NCBI GenBank assembly: GCA_043745355.1
Contig: JAYTSY010000003.1
Location: 1 to 36,773, forward strand
Origin: a bacterium
GTDB taxonomy: Bacteria > Patescibacteriota > Minisyncoccia > Phycocordibacterales > CAIZLB01
Length of the DNA: 36,773 bases
Direction of reading: 5' to 3'
The position numbers and the translations under genes are program-made. The number at the start of each line of letters is the position of its first letter. Position 1 is the stretch's first letter. The notes beneath the pieces are model-generated. The model did not search any database, was not told where the DNA came from, and saw nothing but the letters and a program-made list of their open reading frames with translations. Positions 17,409-27,846 of the stretch are shown one piece after another.

Positions 17409-17508
17409 ATGTGGATGAGCATACTACAATATTCACATCTTTTCCACCTATTTCACCACAAATTTATCTTCTTGCGCGCCATATATAATGCTAGAATGAA
17501 TCCACCTT

Positions 17509-18537
17509 ATGAATCCAAACGTACCCAATTCACCATATTTTAATAACTCGATTTTCTGGATCGAGCTCGAAAAGATAGTTCCAAACCCATATCAGCCACG
17601 ACGTGATTTCGATCCGATCGCCCTCAAGGATCTCTCCGAATCAATCCGCATGTATGGACTCTTGCAACCGCTCACGGTCACACGCCGAGAGGTTATAAAA
17701 GAGGATGGGGGACTCGCAGTACAGTATGAACTCATCTCAGGTGAACGACGCCTCCGTGCATCAAAACTTGCGGGACTTGCACAAGTTCCTGTCATCATCC
17801 GTGCACAAGAAGATGATGCTCGAACAAAACTCGAACTCGCTATCATTGAAAATCTTCAACGTGAAGATTTAAATTCCGTTGATCGAGCACGATCATTCCA
17901 GCGACTTGCGGATGAATTCGGCATGAAGCATGCACAAATCGCTGACAAAATGGGCAAGAGTCGGGAATATGTCACAAACACCATCCGAGTACTCGCGCTC
18001 CCGGATCACATGCTTCAAGCTCTTTCGGAAAAGAAAATTACCGAAGGTCATACGCGTCCGCTTCTCATGTTGACTGACCGCAAAGAAGAACAGGAGACTC
18101 TTTTTAAAGAGATTATGTTCAAGAAACTCACTGTGCGTGAAGCAGAACAACTTGCTCGAAAGGTTGCAGTAGATCGTGTACGCAGAAAAGACCTCGCTCC
18201 TGATCCTGAACTCATAGAATTGCAAGGGAAGTTGAACACGGCGCTCGGCACACGAGTCCAGATCGAACGCAATGATAATGGAGGAAAGGTCGTCATTGAT
18301 TTTCTCACGAACGACGACCTCCGACACATTCTGGATGTGCTTGAATCAAATCGAAATGCATCGCCAGCAGTCGTCGCAGAGCATGTTGCGTCAATTCAAG
18401 ATGCTATCGCACCTGCTGAAATTGCAGCAGAGGCACTAGCAACTCCCGAGCTATCACAACCGATCGATGACAGTACTGTTTCAGATGCAAAGATGGATGA
18501 TGAGGAGTTGTATTCAATAAAGAATTTTAGTATTTAA
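17509..18537 (+). CDS. parB: Chromosome partitioning protein ParB/Spo0J
   Basis: PNPYQPRRDF, GLLQPL, SGERRLRA, IIENLQREDLN, HTH GKSREYVTNTIR. Confidence 0.95.
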   Translation: MNPNVPNSPYFNNSIFWIELEKIVPNPYQPRRDFDPIALKDLSESIRMYGLLQPLTVTRREVIKEDGGLAVQYELISGERRLRASKLAGLAQVPVIIRAQEDDARTKLELAIIENLQREDLNSVDRARSFQRLADEFGMKHAQIADKMGKSREYVTNTIRVLALPDHMLQALSEKKITEGHTRPLLMLTDRKEEQETLFKEIMFKKLTVREAEQLARKVAVDRVRRKDLAPDPELIELQGKLNTALGTRVQIERNDNGGKVVIDFLTNDDLRHILDVLESNRNASPAVVAEHVASIQDAIAPAEIAAEALATPELSQPIDDSTVSDAKMDDEELYSIKNFSI

Positions 18538-18861
18538 ATGAAAACATTAAAGTTTGCTCCGCATCTTGTGACAATGATATTGGAGGGGAAAAAGACTACC
18601 ACGTGGAGGTTGTTTGATGATAAAGATCTGGCAGAAGAAAATCAACTATCCCTTATTGCGAAAGAAACAGGGAAAGAGTTTGGACAGGCAACTGTAATTA
18701 CTGTTTATGAAAAGAAGCTAAAGGATATATCAGAAGTAGACTATGTCGGTCACGAGAGATTTGAAAGCGAGGAAAAAATGCATGAAATGTATAAGGTTTA
18801 CTACGGTGACAGAGTTACACCAGAGACAATTGTAAAAGTAGTGAGATTTACTCTTTTGTAG
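18538..18861 (+). CDS. ASCH-domain protein
   Basis: LKF......ILEGKKTTTWR signature. Confidence 0.85.
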   Translation: MKTLKFAPHLVTMILEGKKTTTWRLFDDKDLAEENQLSLIAKETGKEFGQATVITVYEKKLKDISEVDYVGHERFESEEKMHEMYKVYYGDRVTPETIVKVVRFTLL

Positions 18862-21103
18862 TATCAGCCTTCTTTTTCCACCCGCCACGTCTTCCCACTT
18901 TCTTTGGTTCTCTCATAATTTCTAACGCTCGATCAAAGGTAATCTTGTACACATCATCAGTTTTCAGTGATCTAAAATCTGCCTCGTGCACGATGTACGG
19001 GCCAAATCTTCCAACGTTTGCTGTAATCATTTTGCCTGTGTCAGGATGAGCGCCGAGCTTGCGGGGAAGACTCAAAAAGACTAGCGCGTCTTGCAAAGTG
19101 ATTTGTTCAGGGTTGAATGCTTTCGGAATACTCGCCATACGGGGCTTCTTATTTTCTTTTGTTTTTTCTCCGAGCTGAACATACGGTCCGAATCGCCCCA
19201 CTTTTGTATATATAGGGAGGTTCGTCTCAGGATCATTTCCTATCGGCGTATCTTTCTGGATATCCTTACCATCGAGAGTGAGGGCGCCATCACATTCTGG
19301 ATAGTTGGCACAACTGAGGAATTTACCACCGCGTGAAAGTTTAATAATCATACTACCACTGCACTTTGGGCATTTCATGTTTGGATCCGCAACACCCAGT
19401 GTTGTCAGTTTATCAATATTCTCTTTTGCTTTTACATCTTCTAGAAATGGCCCATAGAAATCTTTGAGTGTTTTTACATACTCTGCTTTTCCGATTGCAA
19501 TATCATCGAGCTTGTCTTCCATGTCTGCAGTGAAGCCGTCATTGATATATTGCATAAAATTTTGCTCGAGGAATGTACTGACAACATCACCCGTGTCTGT
19601 CGGAATGAGAGATTTGTTCAACTTGTTTACATATTCGCGCTCTTCGAGAGTGCGAATAATGCTTGCATATGTAGACGGTCGGCCGATGCCACGCTTTTCA
19701 AGTTCCTTGATCAGTCCAGCCTCAGTGTATCGTGATGGCGGTTCTGTACTTTTTTCGAGTGATGCAATATCGAGGAGTTCAAGTGATTCGTCTTTCTTCA
19801 CTTTCGGTAATTCTACGTCCTCTCCTCGTGCATCAGGGTCAGCCTTGAGCCAACCGTCAAAGATGACGCGAGATCCTGTAACAGTAAAATTGGGAATTGC
19901 AACAGTATTTGCAATTATTTTAGACTGCGGAGAAATATTACCGACGATGCGAGTGCGCGCAAGTTTTGCGTCTGACATTTGGCTCGCGAGTGTGCGCGCC
20001 CTGATCAATTTGTATAACCGCTTTTCATCATCATTGGCACCGGCTGATTCAGTGCTGGGGTGAGATGGTCTGATAGCTTCGTGTGCTTCTTGGGCATTTT
20101 TGCTCTTTGATGCGAATGTTTTGATGTCGACATATTGTTTACCGAATGAAAATTCAATCACCCGTGCTGCCTCAGTGACAGCTTCTTTGCTCAAATTCGT
20201 ACTGTCAGTACGCATATATGTAATATGCCCAGCCTCATAGAGTTTTTGGGCGAGACCCATAGTGCGAGATGGTGCAAATCCTAGACGAGTACTCGCGGTC
20301 TGTTGAAGAGTTGAGGTGATGAAAGGGGCTTTTGCAGAACGCTTTACTTCAGATTCTTCTACATCGACGACATGCCACGCATGTGCGCGTCCAACTTCAA
20401 CAATCCGATCAGCCTCTTTCTTGTCGCGAGGTTCTTCAGTGCAAACAATTGACATAGGCACTCCAGCATTCGTTTTTGTGTTTGCTGTAATGACATAATA
20501 TTTCTCAGGTATGAACGCACGGATTTCTCGTTCGCGTTCCATCACAATACGAAGTGCAGGGGATTGCACACGTCCGGCCGAAAGGCCATAGCGTACTTTT
20601 TTCCAAATGAGGCCCGAGAGATCATAGCCTACGAGGCGGTCGAGCACACGCCGAGCTTCTTGTGCCTTTCGGAGATTTTCATCGATTTCACGCGGATGAA
20701 GCATTGCCTCTTTGACCGCGTTCTCTGTAATTTCATGGAATGCGACACGTTTTGGATTCTTGAGGCCTATAGCGTCCTTGAGGTGCCATGCAATAGCTTC
20801 ACCCTCTCTATCGGGGTCGGTCGCGAGGATCACCTCAGTCGCTTTTTTTGCGAGAGCTTTTATTTCACTAATCACTTTTTCTTTGCCAGGTGAAATTTCA
20901 TAGTGGGGAACAAAGCCTGCTTTGATGTCGATAGCTTTTTTATTGCTTTTAGGCAAATCGCGCACATGGCCTACTGATGCGACTACGGTATATTCACCCC
21001 CAAGATATTTAGAGATAGTCTTGGCTTTTGCGGGAGACTCGACAATGAGTAGTTTTATCCCTTTTGATTTTTTAGTTAGAGTTTTTTCGGCTACCGCTTT
21101 CAT
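18848..21103 (-). CDS. topA: DNA topoisomerase I
   Basis: IVESPAKAKTI, ATDPDREGEAI, SAGRVQS, ITYMRTDS, one C4 zinc ribbon plus GRFGPY Topo_C repeats. Confidence 0.98.
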   Translation of the reverse strand: MKAVAEKTLTKKSKGIKLLIVESPAKAKTISKYLGGEYTVVASVGHVRDLPKSNKKAIDIKAGFVPHYEISPGKEKVISEIKALAKKATEVILATDPDREGEAIAWHLKDAIGLKNPKRVAFHEITENAVKEAMLHPREIDENLRKAQEARRVLDRLVGYDLSGLIWKKVRYGLSAGRVQSPALRIVMEREREIRAFIPEKYYVITANTKTNAGVPMSIVCTEEPRDKKEADRIVEVGRAHAWHVVDVEESEVKRSAKAPFITSTLQQTASTRLGFAPSRTMGLAQKLYEAGHITYMRTDSTNLSKEAVTEAARVIEFSFGKQYVDIKTFASKSKNAQEAHEAIRPSHPSTESAGANDDEKRLYKLIRARTLASQMSDAKLARTRIVGNISPQSKIIANTVAIPNFTVTGSRVIFDGWLKADPDARGEDVELPKVKKDESLELLDIASLEKSTEPPSRYTEAGLIKELEKRGIGRPSTYASIIRTLEEREYVNKLNKSLIPTDTGDVVSTFLEQNFMQYINDGFTADMEDKLDDIAIGKAEYVKTLKDFYGPFLEDVKAKENIDKLTTLGVADPNMKCPKCSGSMIIKLSRGGKFLSCANYPECDGALTLDGKDIQKDTPIGNDPETNLPIYTKVGRFGPYVQLGEKTKENKKPRMASIPKAFNPEQITLQDALVFLSLPRKLGAHPDTGKMITANVGRFGPYIVHEADFRSLKTDDVYKITFDRALEIMREPKKVGRRGGWKKKADTTKE

Positions 21104-21152
21104 ATATGGGGCTAGTATGGCACAAGTGATATATTTTCACCAAATGCGCAGA

Positions 21153-22100
21153 TTATTGCTGTGTTTTTTTCATTAATACTTCAGGTGGTGGATATCGCAG
21201 TGCGATATGACCAAATGTTTCAGATATTAACCCACGAATTTCAAGCATTGAAAGAGTGATTTGCAATTTGCTGGAAGTAAGTTGAGAGTGGTCGGCTAAA
21301 TAATTTCTCGTCTGGGGTTGACCCAAGAGATTAATGACAGACATCTCCTCCGGGGAACATACACTATATATGTCACATCGGAGAGGTAGTTGCCTCTGAG
21401 TGTTCTCTCGTATTTCATCATCTCGTTGAAATCCTAATAGTTCACGGAGGTCATCCTCACAGGTGATAGACACTGCACCTTTCCGAATGAGTGCATTTGT
21501 TCCTTTTGAGCTATCTGTGAGTACTGATCCTGGAACTGCTCCGACATCGCGATTGTAATCGAGCGCTAGCCGAGCGGTGATAAGTGTTCCAGAATCATTT
21601 TCTGCTTCGATGATAAGCACCGCGTGTGAAAGTCCCGCCATGATGCGGTTTCGCATCGGGAAGCTCCACGGACTTGCTCTCGTCATCGATTCAAATTCAG
21701 AAAGCAATAGTCCGTTTTTTTGAATAATTTCCTCGGCAAGATATACATGTGAACGGGGATATACAACATCAGGATGAAGTCCTGACCCGGGTACTGCTAT
21801 TGTGGGCAGGCCTGCGTCGAGCGCTGCCCGATGTGCGATTGCATCAATGCCGAGTGCAAGACCTGACACTATGACGACTGGGAACCCTTTGAGTCCCGCG
21901 ATGAGTCTCCTGCATAATAATTTGCCGTAATCGCTGTATCTGCGTGACCCGACCACACAGAGGAATTTGACTGAAGAGTCTTTTAGAAGGGATGTGTTTC
22001 CACATACATATAATGTATCGGGTGGATCGGGAATCTGGCGTAATAGCTCTCCGAAAGCTTCTTTTAATATTGTTCGTATGTGTTTTGCTTCGTATTTCAT
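21153..22100 (-). CDS. dprA: DNA-processing protein DprA
   Basis: VVGSR, IVSGLALGIDAIAH, FPMRNRIMAGLS, SGTLITA; adjacent to topA. Confidence 0.96.
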   Translation of the reverse strand: MKYEAKHIRTILKEAFGELLRQIPDPPDTLYVCGNTSLLKDSSVKFLCVVGSRRYSDYGKLLCRRLIAGLKGFPVVIVSGLALGIDAIAHRAALDAGLPTIAVPGSGLHPDVVYPRSHVYLAEEIIQKNGLLLSEFESMTRASPWSFPMRNRIMAGLSHAVLIIEAENDSGTLITARLALDYNRDVGAVPGSVLTDSSKGTNALIRKGAVSITCEDDLRELLGFQRDDEIRENTQRQLPLRCDIYSVCSPEEMSVINLLGQPQTRNYLADHSQLTSSKLQITLSMLEIRGLISETFGHIALRYPPPEVLMKKTQQ

Positions 22101-22182
22101 TGGCTAAATAATACTCATCTGGTATGATGAATCAGTAAAAAAACCCTAAAATTTCCCTGAATTTTCCACTTAAAATATTGCC

Positions 22183-23460
22183 ATGTTAGACATTAAATTC
22201 ATTCGAGAAAACAAAGAGCTCATCGCTGATGGTGCTCGAAAAAAACACATTGCGTATGATGTGGATAGGTTGCTCGCAGTAGACGATAAACGTCGAGCAC
22301 TTCTCTTGAGTGTAGAAAACAAAAAGGCAGAGCAGAACAAGATGAGTGATCAAATCATGACAACGTCAGATCAAGCGGCGCGCAACGCATATATTGAACA
22401 GATGCGCGCCGTCAAAGAATCATCAAAAAAAGATGAAGAAGAATTGGCTGACATTATGAAAGAGTGGCAGTCGCTGATGGTAGCCGTTCCGAATATTCCA
22501 GATATGTCAGTGCCCGAAGGAGCAAGCGATGAAGAAAATCAGGAGGTGCGTCAGTGGGGAGCACTTCCAAAATTTGATTTCACTCCAAAAAATCATATTG
22601 ATCTCATGCTCGCACTCGATATGGCCGATTTTGATCGCGGGGCAAAAGTTGCAGGATTCCGCGGATATTTTCTCAAGAACGCAGGTGTACAATTACATTT
22701 TGCATTGTGGCAATTTGTTCTCGATCATATGGTGAACAAAGAAGGCTTCACGCCGATGATGGTGCCGTCGCTTGTGCGTCGGGAGACATTGCTCGGTACC
22801 GGCTATATTCCGCAGGGCGAGGATGATCTCTATCATACTCAGGACAATGACTATCTTGCGGGAACTGGCGAGGTTGCAACAATGAGTTATTATTCTGATG
22901 AAGTAATTGATCAATCAAAGTTTCCCATAAAAGTGTTAGCGTTTTCTCCATGCTTCCGGCGCGAGGCAGGAAGTCATGGCAAGAATACAAAAGGACTCTA
23001 TCGTGTACATGAGTTTTTTAAATTTGAACAAATCGTTTTATGCGAAGCAAGTCATGAGCAGTCCGTAAAATTACATGAAGAATTGACCGAAAATGCAGAA
23101 AAATTATTGCAAGCGCTCGAGCTCCCATATCATGTCGTGATCAATTGCGGTGGAGACCTCGGACTCGGACAAGTCAAAAAATACGATATCGAAGCATGGA
23201 TGCCATCTGAAAACAAATATGGCGAGACTCATTCGTCTTCATATTTTCATGATTTTCAGACACGTCGTCTCAATATTCGCTATCGTGACGCCGAGGGCAA
23301 AATGCGATTTGCGCACTCCCTCAATAACACAGCACTTGCGACTCCTCGCGCGCTTATTTCTATTATTGAAAACAACCAGCAAGCTGACGGATCGATCCGT
23401 ATTCCACTTATTCTTCGGCCATACATGGGCGGGCGTGAGTTTATAAAAGCTAACTCTTAA
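22183..23460 (+). CDS. serS: Serine--tRNA ligase
   Basis: MLDIKFIREN, CFRREAGSHG, GLYRVHEF.K.EQ, KYDIEAW, FQTRRLNIRY. Confidence 0.98.
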   Translation: MLDIKFIRENKELIADGARKKHIAYDVDRLLAVDDKRRALLLSVENKKAEQNKMSDQIMTTSDQAARNAYIEQMRAVKESSKKDEEELADIMKEWQSLMVAVPNIPDMSVPEGASDEENQEVRQWGALPKFDFTPKNHIDLMLALDMADFDRGAKVAGFRGYFLKNAGVQLHFALWQFVLDHMVNKEGFTPMMVPSLVRRETLLGTGYIPQGEDDLYHTQDNDYLAGTGEVATMSYYSDEVIDQSKFPIKVLAFSPCFRREAGSHGKNTKGLYRVHEFFKFEQIVLCEASHEQSVKLHEELTENAEKLLQALELPYHVVINCGGDLGLGQVKKYDIEAWMPSENKYGETHSSSYFHDFQTRRLNIRYRDAEGKMRFAHSLNNTALATPRALISIIENNQQADGSIRIPLILRPYMGGREFIKANS

Positions 23461-23463
23461 CTC

Positions 23464-24384
23464 ATGTTGAGGAACAATAAGATTACCTCTCGAGATTATC
23501 TACGTTCTGAGCGAGTAATGCGCCGCCGAAGGCGGCGCATCTTTCTCCGTTTATTTTTTTTCTTTTTAATTATCTGTGTCCTTGTCGGTGGTATTGTATG
23601 GGTTGCGCGACTCGATGCTTTTTCTGTGAATACAATACGCGTGCAAGGTAATCAATCAGTTTCTACTGAGAGTATTCTAGCAATCAGTATGAATGACGCG
23701 AGTACCAGCTGGATGTATGTATTTCCGCGAAAGAATATTTTATTTTACCCGACATCGAAGATTACCAGTGATTTAAAAAGTCAGTACCCAGAACTTTTGG
23801 ACGTCGCGGTCACCCGTGCCAATCTCTCAGAAATCAATATCACAGTTTCTGAGAGGGAAGCAAAAGGACTTTGGTGCATAGAATCAAATGATTTGCTCCT
23901 GAACCCCAATGCTGATGCTACCAATGATCAATGCTATGTATTTGATTCAAATGGATTCATTTTTGCGACGAGTACTTCCCCAGACGATTCTTTCATTCGT
24001 TTTTACGGAAAACATATTGAGGCAGCGACAGCTATCGGCACAACAATCCAATCATCTTCGACATATTCTGAAATTTCAAAATTAATTGATGGTCTAAAAG
24101 GACACGGGCTTCCTGTCGCCCGAGTGCTCATTAAAAACCCGCATGAGTTTTCTGTGTACCTCGACAAGGGAGGAGAAGTGATGTTTTCTGATGTTCGCCC
24201 ATTGGACCAGTCTCTCTTGAATTTGATCACCGCAGTCGAAAGTCCAGCGTTTAAAGCATCAAGCTCAAAACAGAGTTTTGAATATATAGATACTCGATTT
24301 GGCAATAAGATATTTTTTAAATTACATTCAAGCCCTATGCCAGCCATATCCACATCTACCGCAAGTAGTTCAAAAATAAGATAA
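23464..24384 (+). CDS. ftsQ: Cell division protein FtsQ/DivIB-like
   Basis: Basic N-terminus, single TM, POTRA-like V.GN...I.I.V.ER and C-terminal YIDTRFGNKIF. Confidence 0.75.
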   Translation: MLRNNKITSRDYLRSERVMRRRRRRIFLRLFFFFLIICVLVGGIVWVARLDAFSVNTIRVQGNQSVSTESILAISMNDASTSWMYVFPRKNILFYPTSKITSDLKSQYPELLDVAVTRANLSEINITVSEREAKGLWCIESNDLLLNPNADATNDQCYVFDSNGFIFATSTSPDDSFIRFYGKHIEAATAIGTTIQSSSTYSEISKLIDGLKGHGLPVARVLIKNPHEFSVYLDKGGEVMFSDVRPLDQSLLNLITAVESPAFKASSSKQSFEYIDTRFGNKIFFKLHSSPMPAISTSTASSSKIR

Positions 24385-24405
24385 ACACTGTATAATAAAA
24401 GCACC

Positions 24406-25548
24406 ATGGTCCTCGACTCCCATCCTCGCTTCATGAACTTAGGCTCGCCTCGAGCAAATATTTTGCCGCCTCTACCTCCACCTCCGCCATCTCACTTTCG
24501 CCTTGTGAGTGAATTCACTGCTCAACCTCATACAACATGGACCTATGCGGGCTGGGCTGTACTCGCCCTATTTGTCGGTATTTCTATTGCTTCATTTGTT
24601 ACGGAGACTGTACTTACCGTAGGGGACGCCATGACACATTCAAGCTATTTTACTTTTGCAACTAACAACAAGGTCGCTTCAGTATCTATGTCAACTTCTA
24701 CCGAACCACGGGGCTCTGATGATGGAGCATCATATTATGCGACTTCAACTGTTCCTAAAAATGAGTACCGTCTCGCCAATATTGATAAAATTCCAAAGGT
24801 GACAGCAACGGCATACCTTATTGGCGATGTTGACACAGGGGAAGTTATCTACGAAAAAAACGGTGACCAAGTGAATCCACTTGCTTCAATTTCAAAATTG
24901 ATGACAGCAGTCATTGCCAAAGAGCAATTGAGCCCTGATCGAGTAGCTATTGTGTCGCGTGATTCATATAATACTTTTGGTGCAGAAGGCGAGCTTTTAC
25001 TCGGGGAAAAAATGCGCGTTGCAGATCTCATGTACCCGTTACTTATGGAATCGAGTAATGATGGAGCGGAGGTGCTTGCTGACGATTTCGGTCATGAGAA
25101 GTTTATGCTTGAGATGAACAAGAAAGCAAAAGTGCTCGGTATGCATGACACGTATTATGAGGATCCTAGTGGATTGAATGCCAAGAACGTTTCGACAGTT
25201 GATGACTATTTCATACTCGCTCGATACATCAGACAAAAGTTTCCTGAGATATATGATACGACTCGTGTTCGACAGTTTTCTATTCTCAAACATCAATGGA
25301 CTAACAAGAATGCTTTTTTAAATTATGACAATTATGAGGGAGGAAAGAACGGATTCATAGATGAGGCAAAGAAAACAGGTGTTGAACTTTTTGATACAAC
25401 GATGGCACGGGGCGGCAAACGACATCTTGTGATCATTGTATTGAAAAGCGACGATAGGACAGGGGATGTATTGAAACTTCTAAAATTTGTCGAGAAGAAT
25501 GGTTACTATTCCCCAGAGGTTGACGCCACTTCTACTAACGTGATATAA
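24406..25548 (+). CDS. D-alanyl-D-alanine carboxypeptidase/endopeptidase (peptidase S11)
   Basis: PLASISKLMTA (SxxK), ESSNDGA (SxN), DPSGL, GGKNGF (KTG variant); N-terminal TM. Confidence 0.9.
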   Translation: MVLDSHPRFMNLGSPRANILPPLPPPPPSHFRLVSEFTAQPHTTWTYAGWAVLALFVGISIASFVTETVLTVGDAMTHSSYFTFATNNKVASVSMSTSTEPRGSDDGASYYATSTVPKNEYRLANIDKIPKVTATAYLIGDVDTGEVIYEKNGDQVNPLASISKLMTAVIAKEQLSPDRVAIVSRDSYNTFGAEGELLLGEKMRVADLMYPLLMESSNDGAEVLADDFGHEKFMLEMNKKAKVLGMHDTYYEDPSGLNAKNVSTVDDYFILARYIRQKFPEIYDTTRVRQFSILKHQWTNKNAFLNYDNYEGGKNGFIDEAKKTGVELFDTTMARGGKRHLVIIVLKSDDRTGDVLKLLKFVEKNGYYSPEVDATSTNVI

Positions 25549-25653
25549 TATAACCGTAAGAACATTGACAATCGTCCCTCCGTTTCGGGAGCGATCGCCA
25601 ATTCATTCTCTATTTCTTTCTGCGACCGCTTCCTCTGAAGCGGCCTTTTATTT
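25520..25653 (+). ncRNA. Candidate ~95-nt antisense sRNA with promoter and terminator
   Basis: TTGACG-18-TATAAT with extended TG; terminator CCGCTTC-CTCT-GAAGCGG-CCTTTTATTT. 25572-25592 is complementary to 25728-25748. Confidence 0.55.
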
Positions 25654-25820
25654 GCATTTAGCACATATAGCATATTTTTTATTCTGCATTTATATCGTAT
25701 ACGCTAAATGATAAAAATTATTACATGGCTCTCGCAAGGGAGGGACGAGTTTAGCAATGAGCTAGACGGATCATGTGTCGTCACGATCTTTCGCAAACCC
25801 TTTCAATAACCGTAACGCCT

Positions 25821-26006
25821 ATGTTTCGAGCTATTGGATTCGTTATCACGCTCGTTGCTATTAGAGTGTTCATGCCTGAAGTCTTTTTTGCAGCCGAACA
25901 CGCCCTCATAGCACTTTTCACTATGGCAGGGGACATTGTTGCTCACGCCCCGACGAGCGTTTCAGTTGACGCCAGTCGAATGACCGCGGGATACATTGTC
26001 CATTAA
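25821..26006 (+). CDS. Small hydrophobic protein (61 aa), candidate type I toxin
   Basis: MFRAIGFVITLVAIRVFMPEVFFAAEHALIALF...; long 5' leader contains the sRNA-complementary site. The ORF track starts at 25773. Confidence 0.65.
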   Translation: MFRAIGFVITLVAIRVFMPEVFFAAEHALIALFTMAGDIVAHAPTSVSVDASRMTAGYIVH

Positions 26007-26021
26007 GGGGTCAGACCCCTT
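26005..26021. repeat. GGGGTCWGACCCC palindrome (REP-like)
   Basis: AAGGGGTCAGACCCCTT; other copies at 26443-26455 and 34850-34866. Confidence 0.75.
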
Positions 26022-26080
26022 TTGATAAACCCGCACGTGTTGCGGGTTTTGTTTTGTATAAACAGAGAAGAATGATATAA

Positions 26081-27320
<1,240 letters not shown>

Positions 27321-27322
<2 letters not shown>

Positions 27323-27368
27323 AAAAAACCACCCTCCGAAAGCGCAAAGGCGGCTTTCTTGAGGGTGG
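27321..27368. terminator. Terminator hairpin between tgt and the convergent gene
   Basis: A8-CCACCCTC...GAGGGTGG. Confidence 0.65.
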
Positions 27369-27380
27369 CGTGATTAGTGG

Positions 27381-27668
27381 CTAGAGCTTGTGTAATTGCC
27401 CATTCACGAGATTGAACTTTTCGCCAGGCATCATCCATTGGCTTGTTGGGCACGCGAAAAATATGGGTTTTTTGTTCTCCGAAGTTTCTTCCATTGCCAT
27501 AAACGCGAGGTGCTTATTAAAGTACACCTCGACGCTCGGCTTTCCGTGACTGTTCGGAATCACAGCGAACACCTTGTCGGCGTTTGCATGGTTGATCATG
27601 ACGATCGGCGTGATGAAACCCGCAGCGACAGCGAGGGCAGTGAATGAGAGAAGCAGGATTGATTTCAT
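27381..27668 (-). CDS. Small hypothetical exported or membrane-anchored protein
   Basis: 95-aa ORF with an N-terminal hydrophobic signal; terminator downstream. Confidence 0.6.
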   Translation of the reverse strand: MKSILLLSFTALAVAAGFITPIVMINHANADKVFAVIPNSHGKPSVEVYFNKHLAFMAMEETSENKKPIFFACPTSQWMMPGEKFNLVNGQLHKL

Positions 27669-27846
27669 ATGTGTATTGAGTTTGGTGTGAAGGGCGATAA
27701 TCCGCTGGCGGTTGCCAACAAGTCGATTACTGCCTTTCTTCCAAACTCAACTTTTCAAAGAACTAAATTACTGTCCTATTATACCACTTTTGCACATTAA
27801 GTCAACCAATCAAAAAACCCCTAAAATATGCTATATTTCTCAACAC

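Noticed and set aside
17409-17508. parS site or parA gene next to parB
   Set aside because: No TGTTTCACGTGAAACA-like palindrome was noticed and no parA ORF is in the window.
27780-27846. LexA/SOS box upstream of the uvr genes
   Set aside because: I could not find a shared palindrome upstream of uvrB, uvrA and uvrC by eye.
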